A stretch of DNA of 64,000 nt from Saprolegnia diclina VS20 (Eukaryota). The notes below the pieces were generated by a model. The model was not told the DNA's origin and ran no database searches. It saw only the letters and a list, made by a program, of their open reading frames with translations. Shown in pieces: positions 24,807 to 35,332 of this stretch; the stretch's first letter is position 1, and every line of letters begins with the position of its first letter. Where the stretch lies: positions 414,333 through 478,332 of the forward strand of contig NW_008246112.1 in assembly GCF_000281045.1 (NCBI RefSeq), read 5' to 3'. The position numbers and the translations under genes are program-made.

Positions 24807-26720
24807 ATGGAACTGCCGGCCGCGCCGCTCGTCGTACCATTCGGGACGCTCCTCGGCATCACGGATGGCGGCGTCCACGTCTACTGCTGCGACTACACGA
24901 CGCTGACGGACGACGCGCGCGCCAACCGCGACGACTTTAAGAGCGTCTTCAATGGGATCACGACCGGCTACAAGTGGCAGTGCGTCGAGCTCGGGCGGCG
25001 CTACCTGCTCGTCAACTTTGGCGTCGTCTTTGACAACATTGCGATGGCGTACGATATCTTCCGCCTCAAGAACGTCCGGCGTGTCCAAGATGACCAGCTC
25101 GTGCCCATGCATTCGAACGTCAACGGCGAGGCCACCGAGCTGCCCGTGAAGGGCTCGCTCCTCATCTGGAACCCCGTCGGTGAGTTTGAGCGCACAGGTC
25201 ACATTGCAGTCATCGTCCACGCCGAGAACGACTATGTCGACATTGTCGAGCAAAACGTCGAGGACGAGGTGTGGCCCGCCGGCCAAACCTACTCGCGCCG
25301 GCTCAAAGCCACTGTCGACGAAGACTCGGGGGCGTACACAATCGTGTGCACGTACGCCGACTCGTCGATCCTCGGCTGGATGACCATCGACATGGAGACC
25401 GAGTACAACTACGAAGACGTCATGCTCGCAACGCCCAGCGACTTAAGCCGGCGCGAGGTCACCGTGTCGGCGGCGGCTGCGGTCGCGTCGTGGCTCGACC
25501 CAAGTGCTCCGTACGTGCAGACGTTCCTCGCGACGCCGGGCGCGGCGCTCGCACCGGGCGCATCGCCGTACTTTACGCTCACGTCGCACGGGCAGACCGC
25601 GCTCGAGTATGCCACCGACCACCTCCACCACATGTTTCTCGACGCGACCGACTACGTTCTGCACCACGAGAAGGAGCTCGGGCCGCATTTCCGCATTCCA
25701 CAAAAGCTCTGGCCGCGCATTCGCCGGTCGTGGTTCCGGCGCAAGCCCGACTGTGTCGCGGGCCGCTTCGACTTTACCTTGACGCAAGACGGTCTCAAGG
25801 TGTACGAGTACAACGCCGACTCGGCCTCGTGTCTCCTCGAGTGCGGCCTCACGCAGGACGCGCTCGCGTCGGTATTGGGGCTGCCCGGCCATAGCAACAG
25901 CGCCAAACTCTTTACCAAGCTCGTCGATACGTGGACAGCCCGACGTGTCATTGGCCCCCTGCACTTGCTCTGCGACGACGAGCCCGAAGAGATCTACCAC
26001 GCCCAGTACATGGCGGCCGCCGCGACCGCCGCGGGCCTCGAGACGCATGTGGTCGTCGGTCTCGGCGGCCTTCAGCGCAGCGGCCACGATATTTTGGACG
26101 CGTCGGGCAACCTGCTTACCAATGTGTGGAAGACGTGGGCGTGGCGCACGGCGCTCAACGAGCTCTCGGACGACGAGTGGGCCGGGTACCTCTTTGAAGA
26201 CGACGCGGTCGACCCCAAGGCGCTAACGACGCCCAAGTACCGCGAGCGCGCCGGCACGACGACCATTCTCCTCGTCGATGTCCTGCTGCACCCTGCAATT
26301 CGCATTTTCGAACCACTTTGGACCGTCTTGCCGAGCTCAAAGGCCATTTTGCCCGTGCTCACCAAGCTGTACCCCAAGCACCCGCTCTTGCTGGCGTCGT
26401 CGTTCACACTCACGCCCGAGCTGCAAGCGTCTGGGTACGTGATCAAACCCGTGACGGGTCGCGCCGGGGCCAACATCTCGGTGGTCGACGCCAACGGCAC
26501 TGTCTTGTCGCAGTCGCATGGTCGCTGGACCGACGACTCGCCCGTGTACCAGGAGATCGCCCTCCTCCCGCAATACGCCGGCGAGTACGTCCAGCTCGGC
26601 GCGTGGGCGATCGGTGGCGTCTACGGTGGCGCCGTCGTGCGCGCCGACCCGACCAACATCATCCGCTTCGAGTCGCCCATCTACCCGATGCGCGTGCTCG
26701 ACGAGACCGCGTCAGCGTAA
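24807..26720 (+). CDS. gss: Bifunctional glutathionylspermidine synthetase/amidase (CHAP amidase + ATP-grasp synthetase), copy 1, intronless
   Basis: PFGTLLG start, GYKWQCVELGRRYL (catalytic Cys), TGHIAVI (His), EQN, GRFDF, KVYEYNADSASC, WKTWAW, FEPLWT..SKAILP and KPVTGRAGANI, all collinear with E. coli GspSA as recalled. Confidence 0.93.
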   Translation: MELPAAPLVVPFGTLLGITDGGVHVYCCDYTTLTDDARANRDDFKSVFNGITTGYKWQCVELGRRYLLVNFGVVFDNIAMAYDIFRLKNVRRVQDDQLVPMHSNVNGEATELPVKGSLLIWNPVGEFERTGHIAVIVHAENDYVDIVEQNVEDEVWPAGQTYSRRLKATVDEDSGAYTIVCTYADSSILGWMTIDMETEYNYEDVMLATPSDLSRREVTVSAAAAVASWLDPSAPYVQTFLATPGAALAPGASPYFTLTSHGQTALEYATDHLHHMFLDATDYVLHHEKELGPHFRIPQKLWPRIRRSWFRRKPDCVAGRFDFTLTQDGLKVYEYNADSASCLLECGLTQDALASVLGLPGHSNSAKLFTKLVDTWTARRVIGPLHLLCDDEPEEIYHAQYMAAAATAAGLETHVVVGLGGLQRSGHDILDASGNLLTNVWKTWAWRTALNELSDDEWAGYLFEDDAVDPKALTTPKYRERAGTTTILLVDVLLHPAIRIFEPLWTVLPSSKAILPVLTKLYPKHPLLLASSFTLTPELQASGYVIKPVTGRAGANISVVDANGTVLSQSHGRWTDDSPVYQEIALLPQYAGEYVQLGAWAIGGVYGGAVVRADPTNIIRFESPIYPMRVLDETASA

Positions 26721-27000
26721 TAAAAGAAGATATATCCTTGCATTTATCCCTGATTTTATGCAAATCGAGTTGTTGGATGTTTGCCTAAGATAAATATCCT
26801 TAGGGGTGGGTACACGCACAAAGTGTGCCTTGTCTCGAGCTCTGCGGGTCTCGAACCCACGGCCAATGATCAGTTAGGGCTAGGTGATTGGTGGCGGCCG
26901 CGCAACTGAAACAGTCGTGGGCATGAGCAGCCGGCGCAACGAGCCTGCGGGCGTTGCGTCGCACACCGATGGGCACCGCAGTAGCCTGCGGCGCAGCTGC

Positions 27001-27966
27001 ATGCACGACTCGATCGAGAAGCCACCGCTCTTCTTTGCCTGGCCAACTACAGGTCCGTCACGGTTGCCGGCAACGACGCCAACCGCTGAGCTTGAAGCGC
27101 CAAAACTTGCTGCAGCGGCTCTGCCAACGACAGCTGCACCGCCAAGTACGTCGCGTCAGCCCGTGTCATCGATTCCACCCAGCGTGCCGGAAGCGACATT
27201 GGTCATGCCATCACCGACGCCCATGCTGCAGCCGGCAGTCGTTCTCTCAGCGCAGTCGATGGCGCCCGCCTACATACCGCCGCCTGCCCAGATCATGTAC
27301 CCGTGCATGTATTACCCAATGACTGCACCAATCCATCAAGCATGCGCCTACCAGTCTCCTCCGGTAGCCCCCGTACCGGTGGCACCTCCCCCGTCGGTTG
27401 CACTGCCTGCAGCGACGCCGGTAGCGACTCCCATTGCACCACCCGCCCCTGCACCACCATTATTTGCCACAGCGATGAAGCAGGAAAAGCCTCGTGATGC
27501 AGTGGTGTACCCACCGGGGATGCCGCCGTGGGGCGTGTCGTCGCCGCCCGAGCTGCTGCTACCGGGCAAGAATGTGTCCGAGGCATCCGAGTATTGGCAA
27601 TGGCTGCACTGGTATGCGTCGTGGCAGCTCTACTATGAGCAAGGCCGAGAGAAAACCTCGAGTCAACGCCAGTCGCGTCGCCTTGCCAAGCTCATGGCAT
27701 CCCTCTTGGAGAAAGAGGCGTCGGCGCACCGAGCGTCGAGGCGCAGCAGCCGAGACCCCACTGCATCGACGCGCAGTCGCCATGTGTCCAAGGCCAAGAG
27801 CAGTCGCAGCGTAGCTCCGCCGGCCGATGTATGGTGGCTCGATGTCAGTGGCTCGCGAAAGACCCGGCATCGCACCAAGCACACCTCCACGAGGTCGCCC
27901 GAGGCGCCGACACCAGCAGTTGATACCGCCGATGCTATCTTGACCCTAGAGGAGCTGGCTATTTGA
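27001..27966 (+). CDS. Proline-rich hypothetical protein with a Trp/Tyr-rich motif (start uncertain)
   Basis: Long ORF with a Pro/Ala-rich half, EYWQWLHWYASWQLYY motif and basic tail. No recognised domain. Confidence 0.6.
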   Translation: MHDSIEKPPLFFAWPTTGPSRLPATTPTAELEAPKLAAAALPTTAAPPSTSRQPVSSIPPSVPEATLVMPSPTPMLQPAVVLSAQSMAPAYIPPPAQIMYPCMYYPMTAPIHQACAYQSPPVAPVPVAPPPSVALPAATPVATPIAPPAPAPPLFATAMKQEKPRDAVVYPPGMPPWGVSSPPELLLPGKNVSEASEYWQWLHWYASWQLYYEQGREKTSSQRQSRRLAKLMASLLEKEASAHRASRRSSRDPTASTRSRHVSKAKSSRSVAPPADVWWLDVSGSRKTRHRTKHTSTRSPEAPTPAVDTADAILTLEELAI

Positions 27967-28227
27967 ACTAACACTTTACGTGCGAACACGCCATTGCCAA
28001 GCATTGAGAGGTCGGTGGCCTTGACGACAAGGCGCCGCAACTACAGATTACGATACGACTGGTCCATGGCGCCAGAAGTTCCTCGTGAGATGTGGCGTCC
28101 GTCACGCTGATCGTGGAGACAGACTCGTCGTCTAGAAAGGACATTTGGGTCGCCTCGCTGCGTGCGCAGTGTCCATTTTCACATGCAGTTTATTGTGTTG
28201 TGCAGTCGATAGTACAAGTAGGACGCT

Positions 28228-30114
28228 CTAGTCGATGACGCGCATCGCGTAGACGAACGACTCGAGGCCCATAATCTTGTTGGCGTCGGCGCGAATGATC
28301 GTGCCGCCGTGCTCGCCACCAATCGCCCACGTGCCGAGCTGCACGTACTTGCCGTTGTGCTTTGGGAGCAGCGCAAGCTCTTGGTACACCGGTGTATCGT
28401 TGCTCCAGCGGCCGTCCGACTGCGACAAGACACTGCCGTTCGCATCGACGATCGAGATGTTGGCGCCCGCGCGGCCGGCGACGGGCTTGATGACGTAGCC
28501 CGCGGCTTGCAGCGCCGGCGTGAGCACAAACGACGACGTCAACAGCAGCGGGTGGTGCGGGTAGAGCGTGTTGAGGACCGGCAAAATCGCTTTCGAGCTC
28601 GGAATGAGTGTCCAGAGCGGCTCGAAGACGCGGATGCTCGGGCTGAAGAGCACGTCGACGAGCTTGATGCTGTCGTAGCGGTGCCGCCCGTGCTTGGGCG
28701 TGACCCAGCCCATACCGTCACTGCCGTCCGTGGCCAAGAACTCGGTCCACTCGTCCTCCGAGAGCTCGTTGAGCGCCGTGCGCCACGCCCACGTCTTCCA
28801 CACGTTGGAGAGAATGTTGCCCGACGCATCCAAGATATCGTGGTCCACGCGAGTGAGGCCGTGCAGACCGACGACGACGTGCGTCTCGAGGCCCGCCGCG
28901 GTCGCAGCCGCCGCCATGTACTGCGTCTGGCAGAGCTCTTCCGGGTCGTCGTCACAGAGCAAATGCAGTGGTCCAATGACACTGCGGGCTTGCCACGTGT
29001 CGACGAGCTTGGTGAAGAGGTGCTCGCTGCCGCTGCGACCGATGGTGTCGAGCTCGGCCAGCGACGCCCACGCGTCTTGGTTGTAGCCGCACTCCATGAG
29101 GCACGAGGCCGAGTCGGCGTTGTACTCGTACACCTTGAGACCCTCTTGCGTCAAGGTAAAGTCAAAGCGGCCAGCGACAAAGTCGGGCTTGGCGTGGATC
29201 CACGAGTGCCACAGCCGCGGCCAGAGCGCCTTTGGGATGCGAAAATGGGCGCCCAGTTCGTCTTGGTGGTGCAAAATGAAGTCGGTCGCGTCCAAGAACA
29301 TGTGGTGGAGGTGCTCGGTCGCGTACTCGAGCGCGGCCTGGCCATGGCGGCTCATGCAAAAGTAGTCCGAGACGCCGGGCGACGGCTGCCAGCTCGGCTG
29401 AGCGAGAAACGTTTGCACATACGAACGCGACGGGTCGAGCCACGGTCGCGCGAGGTGGGCCTCTGTGAGCGTCACTTGGTGCTGCGTAAAGTCCGCGGGC
29501 GACGCTTTCGGGACGTCTTCGTAGTTGTACTCGATCTCAAAGTTGACGCTGGTCCAGCCGAGGATCGACCCATCGTGCGTGCACTGGAGCGTGATGCCTC
29601 CCGTCTTTGGGTCGATGATCGTCGGTAGCCGGCGCGAGTACGTTTGGCCGGCCGGCCACACAGTAAAGTCGACGTTCTGCTCGACAATGTCCGTGTACGT
29701 GGACGTTGCGTCGACAACGACGGCAATGTGGCCCGTCAGCTCAAACTTGCCGAGGGGGTTCCAGATCAAGAGCGCACCTTTCGCCGGCAGCTGCGTCGCT
29801 GCCCCGTTGGCGTGCGGCACGAGCGGGAAGAGCACGTTGTCGGCCACGCGCCGGACGTACTTGAGGCGAAAGATGTCGTACGCCATCGCAATGTTGTCGT
29901 ACACGACGCCATGGTTGACGAGCAGGTAGCGCCGGCCGAGCTCGACGCACTGCCACTTGTAGCCGGTGGTGACGCCGTCGACGACATTCTTAAAGTCGTT
30001 GCGATCCGCGAGCGCCGATTCGCCGAGCGTCTCGTAGTCGCAGCAGTGGACCTCGACGCCACCGTCGGTCGTGCCCAGCACGGTGCCAAAGGGCGCAGAC
30101 ATGGCAAAAGGCAA
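28228..30114 (-). CDS. gss: Bifunctional glutathionylspermidine synthetase/amidase, copy 2, intronless
   Basis: APFGTVLG, GYKWQCVELGRRYL, TGHIAVV, GRFDF, YEYNADSASC, WKTWAW, FEPLWTLIPSSKAILP and KPVAGRAGANI. The start may be Met at 30102. Confidence 0.93.
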   Translation of the reverse strand: MPFAMSAPFGTVLGTTDGGVEVHCCDYETLGESALADRNDFKNVVDGVTTGYKWQCVELGRRYLLVNHGVVYDNIAMAYDIFRLKYVRRVADNVLFPLVPHANGAATQLPAKGALLIWNPLGKFELTGHIAVVVDATSTYTDIVEQNVDFTVWPAGQTYSRRLPTIIDPKTGGITLQCTHDGSILGWTSVNFEIEYNYEDVPKASPADFTQHQVTLTEAHLARPWLDPSRSYVQTFLAQPSWQPSPGVSDYFCMSRHGQAALEYATEHLHHMFLDATDFILHHQDELGAHFRIPKALWPRLWHSWIHAKPDFVAGRFDFTLTQEGLKVYEYNADSASCLMECGYNQDAWASLAELDTIGRSGSEHLFTKLVDTWQARSVIGPLHLLCDDDPEELCQTQYMAAAATAAGLETHVVVGLHGLTRVDHDILDASGNILSNVWKTWAWRTALNELSEDEWTEFLATDGSDGMGWVTPKHGRHRYDSIKLVDVLFSPSIRVFEPLWTLIPSSKAILPVLNTLYPHHPLLLTSSFVLTPALQAAGYVIKPVAGRAGANISIVDANGSVLSQSDGRWSNDTPVYQELALLPKHNGKYVQLGTWAIGGEHGGTIIRADANKIMGLESFVYAMRVID

Positions 30115-31938
30115 AGTGAGGGCAGGATCTATCCGGCATTATGGCCAATCCCATGCGAGAACGACTCTGATTGGTCCATTCGGCGGATGTATCATCGCGA
30201 CTTCGGCAAACGAAGTTCCTTCTGCGCGCCACGTAGTTGGATCTAGTCGTTCGTTGGCGCGCTATATGACTCTTACATAAAGTTTATATGGCTCTCGAAG
30301 ACCTTGGAGGTCCTAGGTCCGATACCGGTGCGACGCTAGCAGCGATAGAACTTCGCGTGTGCCTGCTGTCCTTGGTGAAGCCTCCGGTAGGTTTACCATG
30401 CACCAGACCAATATAGATAGAATCGAGGTCTACACAGAGTAATCAAGCCTCGCGAGCCCTCCGGCAATAGCGAGCGATAACCGAAGCACAGATCAACCAG
30501 CCAAAAGTAATCAAACCTCGACGCGCTCGCAACGAAACAACTTCCAGATGCACAGCACCCGAGGGCTTTCACTGTCCCAGGTCGACTACAGGTTGCACCG
30601 AGTGGGATTCGGCAACACGGGGCAGGCGAGGCAGACGAACTCTCTCAGTCATACCGTCCAGCATCCCAGATAACACCTTCGTTCGCAAATAACATAACCA
30701 CTGGCGATTTTGAACTACAGTCATTTGAGTAATCTGACTCCCACTTCTAGTTTAGCTGTGGATAATGCCCAGATTAGCTGTAGTTGATGCCCCCTTTCCG
30801 ATCTAGTTGGCGCTTAGTCGATGCTCGTCAACGGTCCTATAGATCAACCCCACGAACCCTCTCGAGATTCTAAACGTGTCATCGCTCGTGGTGCGATGAC
30901 GTTTGCCCGTGTCGACGGCTGACGGCTCGTGCAAATAGTAGAGCTTCACAGCCTCAGACAATGCGACCCTCGAGCGAAACGACCTCATCTCACATTGGAC
31001 ACCGAGTACTAGTACCCTAGTAAGACTCGCTGCTCCAGCTAGTGAAGTCTACCTCGTTGACAGACTCGCGCCCCCAGCGCCGTGAACGACTTGGCCACAC
31101 GAGCAGCTCGGCATTTCCAACAGCAATGCCTCGCCTCGGGCGACCATCGAGCTCGGATGCTCGAGCCTCGCCAACAAATACCACGGCCTCGCGCTCAAAA
31201 GCCGCGCGGCATGGTGGTTGAGTGGAAGCGCCGCTTGCCTACGGTCGTCTCGTCGCAGCGACTGGTGGAGCCTGGCGAAGTCGACTGCAGTCTACGTCGC
31301 GTAGCACGTGTTGTTCTCCCAACTGCGCTTGTCGTTCATCGAGAGCTCGTCCGGGCGAACTGTTACTTCGCGTGTATACCTCCTCCTTCAGTCAACAGGC
31401 ATAGCCAGAACGACGCCAGGGATGGACCTTGCCACACCGTCAGCATCGCCGACGGAAAGGCCAGATCCAGGATTGTCGAACGGCCCAATTGCAACCCACA
31501 GTGGTCGCTAGCCGCACGCAACTTTACGATTGGGTCATTTCGAGTTTCGTATCGATAAGTGCAAGCGTGGGGCCGTCGCATACACAGCTCCTATGTAACG
31601 GAACATCGCTGGATTCCCCTTTGCTCGCCGCATGTGCTATCGACGGCACGTCTCGTACTGCACAGTTAACATGGTGATGCAGTATGCGCTGGCAGCTTTG
31701 CGAAGACAGCGCCTCTTGATGCATGCCAGCGCCGCGCTGATTAAAGTTGGGTGCGAATAGCCACGCCGCCGAGGGCCAGGTCAAGTGGCATCGAACGGCC
31801 CGTGTAGCACCCGTGTCACAGTGGCAGGTGGATGGCGCGTCGGCTCCAAAGCTGGCCCTCCGCCGTCGCAAGCTGCCGCGCCGTGTACTGTCACGGCTGA
31901 CCACTTCAAGCTCTTGCTAGAATTCAATTCGCTCCGCC

Positions 31939-33003
31939 ATGGTGTCGCGCGTCGTGCCCCGGTCGCTCCTGCGCGCCGCCGCCAACGAGTCGTCGGACAC
32001 GGTGACCATCGTCGGCTCCGTCGCCGGCGCATTGATCCTCCTCGCCCTCGCAACCACCGTGTATCTCTGCAGCAAAAAGCGATGTCGGCGCTCCAAGGCG
32101 ACATTGGTGGACAGCACGAGTGACGACGGCAGCCACTACGAGCTCTCGGCGGACGTCGACGTGAGCGAGAATCTCGAGTGGGGCCTTCTCCAGCGCCTCG
32201 ACGCGGCCGACGTCCAATCGACGCGCCAGCTCGCGACCGGCGTCTACTACAACGTCTGGGAAGGCACGTACGACGGCGCCACCGTGTTTGTCAAGGCGCT
32301 CGTGCCCAAGCGCCAGACACTGACCCACCTGCAGTGCTTCCTCGACACCCTCAACGTCGCCAGCGCCTGCGTGCACCCGTGCATTTTGGGCGTCCTCGGC
32401 GCAGCGTGGTCACCCCCGCTTCTGGCGCGCAGCAGGAGCACGCTCGTCGGCGTCTTGGAGCACATGGACCTCGGTTCGATGCGCACCGTGCTCATGGCGT
32501 CCAACATGTACAACCTGGCGTGGCACGACAAGCTGTCGTGTATCCTCGACATGGCATCGGCGCTTGCGTATCTCCACAGTCGGAGCGTCATTCACGGGGC
32601 CTTCAATACGAAAAACATCATTCTCGACTCGAGCAAGCGCGCCAAGCTCGCCAACGTCGGGCTCTCGCGGGCCGAGATTCTCTCGGGCATTGCGCCCGGC
32701 GTCTGGTGGGTCGCGCCCGAGATGCTCACGGCCGGCCAGTCGTCGCCCGCGATCGACGTCTATGCTTTTGGCCGCGTCCTCGTTGAATTGGACACGCACC
32801 GCCGGCCGTCGCGCCACTTGACGCTGACCAACGAGACGATCCAGCACATTGTCACCGAAGAGTCAACGTCGCCGCGCTTTACAAGCATGTGCCCCGACTG
32901 GATCCAGGATCTCGCGCTGCTCTGCATTGCGCGCAAGCCGGAGACGCGTCCGTCAGCGGCCACGATCCTCGCCGTCGTGCGGTCCCAGCTGGAGATGATG
33001 TGA
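31939..33003 (+). CDS. Single-pass membrane TKL-type pseudokinase
   Basis: Hydrophobic segment IVGSVAGALILLALATTVYLC followed by SKKR. Kinase fold with HRD changed to HGA and DFG to NVG; APE and DVYAFG retained. Confidence 0.85.
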   Translation: MVSRVVPRSLLRAAANESSDTVTIVGSVAGALILLALATTVYLCSKKRCRRSKATLVDSTSDDGSHYELSADVDVSENLEWGLLQRLDAADVQSTRQLATGVYYNVWEGTYDGATVFVKALVPKRQTLTHLQCFLDTLNVASACVHPCILGVLGAAWSPPLLARSRSTLVGVLEHMDLGSMRTVLMASNMYNLAWHDKLSCILDMASALAYLHSRSVIHGAFNTKNIILDSSKRAKLANVGLSRAEILSGIAPGVWWVAPEMLTAGQSSPAIDVYAFGRVLVELDTHRRPSRHLTLTNETIQHIVTEESTSPRFTSMCPDWIQDLALLCIARKPETRPSAATILAVVRSQLEMM

Positions 33004-33583
33004 GTTTGGCTGGTGCTATTAGCTGTTGTAAACCTTAGTGAACGTATAATGTGGTCAAATGTGTCAACCAGGACGATCAAGTTGCATGTGCGAGACTGCG
33101 TTGGTCGTCGCAACAGCTTTTGCAAACCTCCCAGTGCGGTCCGAGCAGCTGCGTGGTCCGCATCCTTGACGCGACCAAAGGAGACGGCGAGCGTCGCCGA
33201 GTTGAAAACCTGATCGCCATGATAACGCCGGTCCCGTCAACAAGCTCCAATAGAGTCGGATTCTTCGCACGTCAGCAGCGTGGATGTGTTTGTATCCACG
33301 AGGCCTTCCATAGCATTTCCTTGTATGGCTGCCGTGTCAGTTGGTAGCTGGCATCCAGAGCGCATCAGTTGAACCAGCGGCTTCTACGCCGGTTCATTGC
33401 AGTAGCTACGCTGCGCCTACGCCCCGATTGGTGCATTTCTTTGACGTGCAAAACATTCGACCAATCACACGCGATTCTAGTGTATCCATCGTCAGCGCGT
33501 TGGACAGCAAGCGGGCGACTGTCCCGACAGCCGTACAATACTACGTACGCACCACATTTTCAAAATACACATCAACTGCCACC

Positions 33584-35332
33584 ATGACCTACACCGTCGA
33601 CGTGCGTGCCAAGACTGGTGTCTTTGGCCGCTGGGTGTCGCGGGGTCTGACTCTAGACGGCCAGCGCCTCTCGCTACACGACGGCCTCGTTTGCCGAGCT
33701 GCGTTCGACGTCAAGGGCGCAACGGCGACACCACTGGCGTCAACGCCTGTCGATGGGTACCGCTTGCGCGTCGAGCTGGCGTCCGGTCAAGTGCTGCACC
33801 TGGAAGTGGCGAGTGAGCCATTGCTCGCCAAGCTGACAATGGTGCTATCGAACGCAGCTTCCTGTGCCGAATACACCCCGCCAGCAACAAGCACATGGAG
33901 TCGGCTCCTGAGTGTCGCGAGTTCGATCCAGCAGCGGCCTCTGCCTTCGTCGGTCGTAAGCAGTGGGGTCCAGGTCGCCGATGTCATAGCACACGTGACC
34001 CGTTTGCGCGCGATTCGGGCGAGCACTTTTGGTTGTGCGAGCCCGCTGGCCTTGTACGAACACTTGCTGGCGCTGGAAGCCGACTACGTCGCTCACCACC
34101 GCGACAATCCGGCGCCCACTGACGCGTACCCGCACCTCGTGTACCAGCTCGATACGCTCCCGTATGCTCTCGGCACATCGTCGGCAGGTATGGATCCGAC
34201 GTCCAAGGCCTTTCTTGGCATCTGCGGCTACTGCACCACCGAGCTCGCGTCGCATCAAGTGCACTACCATTGCATCGAACGGCGCAAGGTCGACTGCCCG
34301 AACTGCCGCGAAGCCCTCCCGCCGGGTGTCTACTACAAGAGCCGCTACGACACCGTCGCGTTCGACACGCCGCTCCGCGACATTCTCAATACGTGCCCCC
34401 ACCGCAAGTGCAGACGACGATGGTCCCGCCAGGACATGTACCGCCTCCACCTCCTCGGTGACGCGCTCCTTTGCGCTGGCTGTGGCAACACGGTGGCCTA
34501 CGAAACGTACCAGATCGCTCTCTTTATACAGGAGTACCCGCTGCTGCAGTACGACAGCCTGCTCACTGCGACAGGCTCCTACGTGAGTCATGTGCGCACA
34601 CCGCGCTCGCTCCCTCGCGACGGCCGCTGGTCCTCGTTCGAGCGCGAGATGGACGCGCTCATCAATGCCAAGCGGCTGACGCTCAAGACGTTTGAAGTTG
34701 TGAGTCTTTGTAACTCGTGGCTGGCGGCCCTGCGCATGATCCAGTCGCACGCCCTTGGCGCCTTTCCCATTGACCTCGTACAGGCAATGGCGCGCGATGT
34801 AGCGTTTATCGAGCTCGTCGACCCGCATTTGGAATACTGGACGCACCCGACGGTCGTTGCCGCGGCCATTCGCCGCTACGAACACTTTATGGCGCTCAAA
34901 GGGCCGCACCTCGCGCCGACGGTCGACGTGGAGCTCGTGTGGCGCGTGCACCGGCTGTCGCTCGACAGCTATGCGATCTACTCTCGCAAGTTGTGCAAGC
35001 GCGTACGACCGCCGTATCGCCATGACGCAAGGACACCAAAAGAAGCGACCAACGACTACTATGCGACGTGTGCCGCCTGGTACAAAGCCTACAAGACACC
35101 GTACTCATCGCATGTACCGGACGATGCGCCGAGCAAGATGATGCAGCTGTTGGCGCACGGGGACTCTCGCTTTCACGGCGTGAACGAGTCGTTTGCGCCG
35201 AGCGAGCTCCAGCATGCGTCCGCGTTTGCGCAGAACTCGAGCGACAACAAGGTCACTGTTAGCGTCATTGGAAGTCTGGTGGGGACGTCTATCAAAGCGA
35301 TTCACTCCCCAAACCACGCCAACGAAGTCTAA
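33584..35332 (+). CDS. PH-like + Cys-rich zinc-binding + GRDP/DUF1399-like domain protein
   Basis: N-terminal KTGVFGRWVSR...LHLEVASE (PH-like), then CGYC, CPNC, CPHRKC and CAGC. DLVQAMAR..F...AIRRYEHF...PTVDVELVWRVH resembles the GRDP core. Confidence 0.7.
   Translation: MTYTVDVRAKTGVFGRWVSRGLTLDGQRLSLHDGLVCRAAFDVKGATATPLASTPVDGYRLRVELASGQVLHLEVASEPLLAKLTMVLSNAASCAEYTPPATSTWSRLLSVASSIQQRPLPSSVVSSGVQVADVIAHVTRLRAIRASTFGCASPLALYEHLLALEADYVAHHRDNPAPTDAYPHLVYQLDTLPYALGTSSAGMDPTSKAFLGICGYCTTELASHQVHYHCIERRKVDCPNCREALPPGVYYKSRYDTVAFDTPLRDILNTCPHRKCRRRWSRQDMYRLHLLGDALLCAGCGNTVAYETYQIALFIQEYPLLQYDSLLTATGSYVSHVRTPRSLPRDGRWSSFEREMDALINAKRLTLKTFEVVSLCNSWLAALRMIQSHALGAFPIDLVQAMARDVAFIELVDPHLEYWTHPTVVAAAIRRYEHFMALKGPHLAPTVDVELVWRVHRLSLDSYAIYSRKLCKRVRPPYRHDARTPKEATNDYYATCAAWYKAYKTPYSSHVPDDAPSKMMQLLAHGDSRFHGVNESFAPSELQHASAFAQNSSDNKVTVSVIGSLVGTSIKAIHSPNHANEV

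Noticed and set aside
30250..31700. Short ORFs and possible exon fragments
   Set aside because: No coherent spliced frame or recognisable domain; left unannotated.
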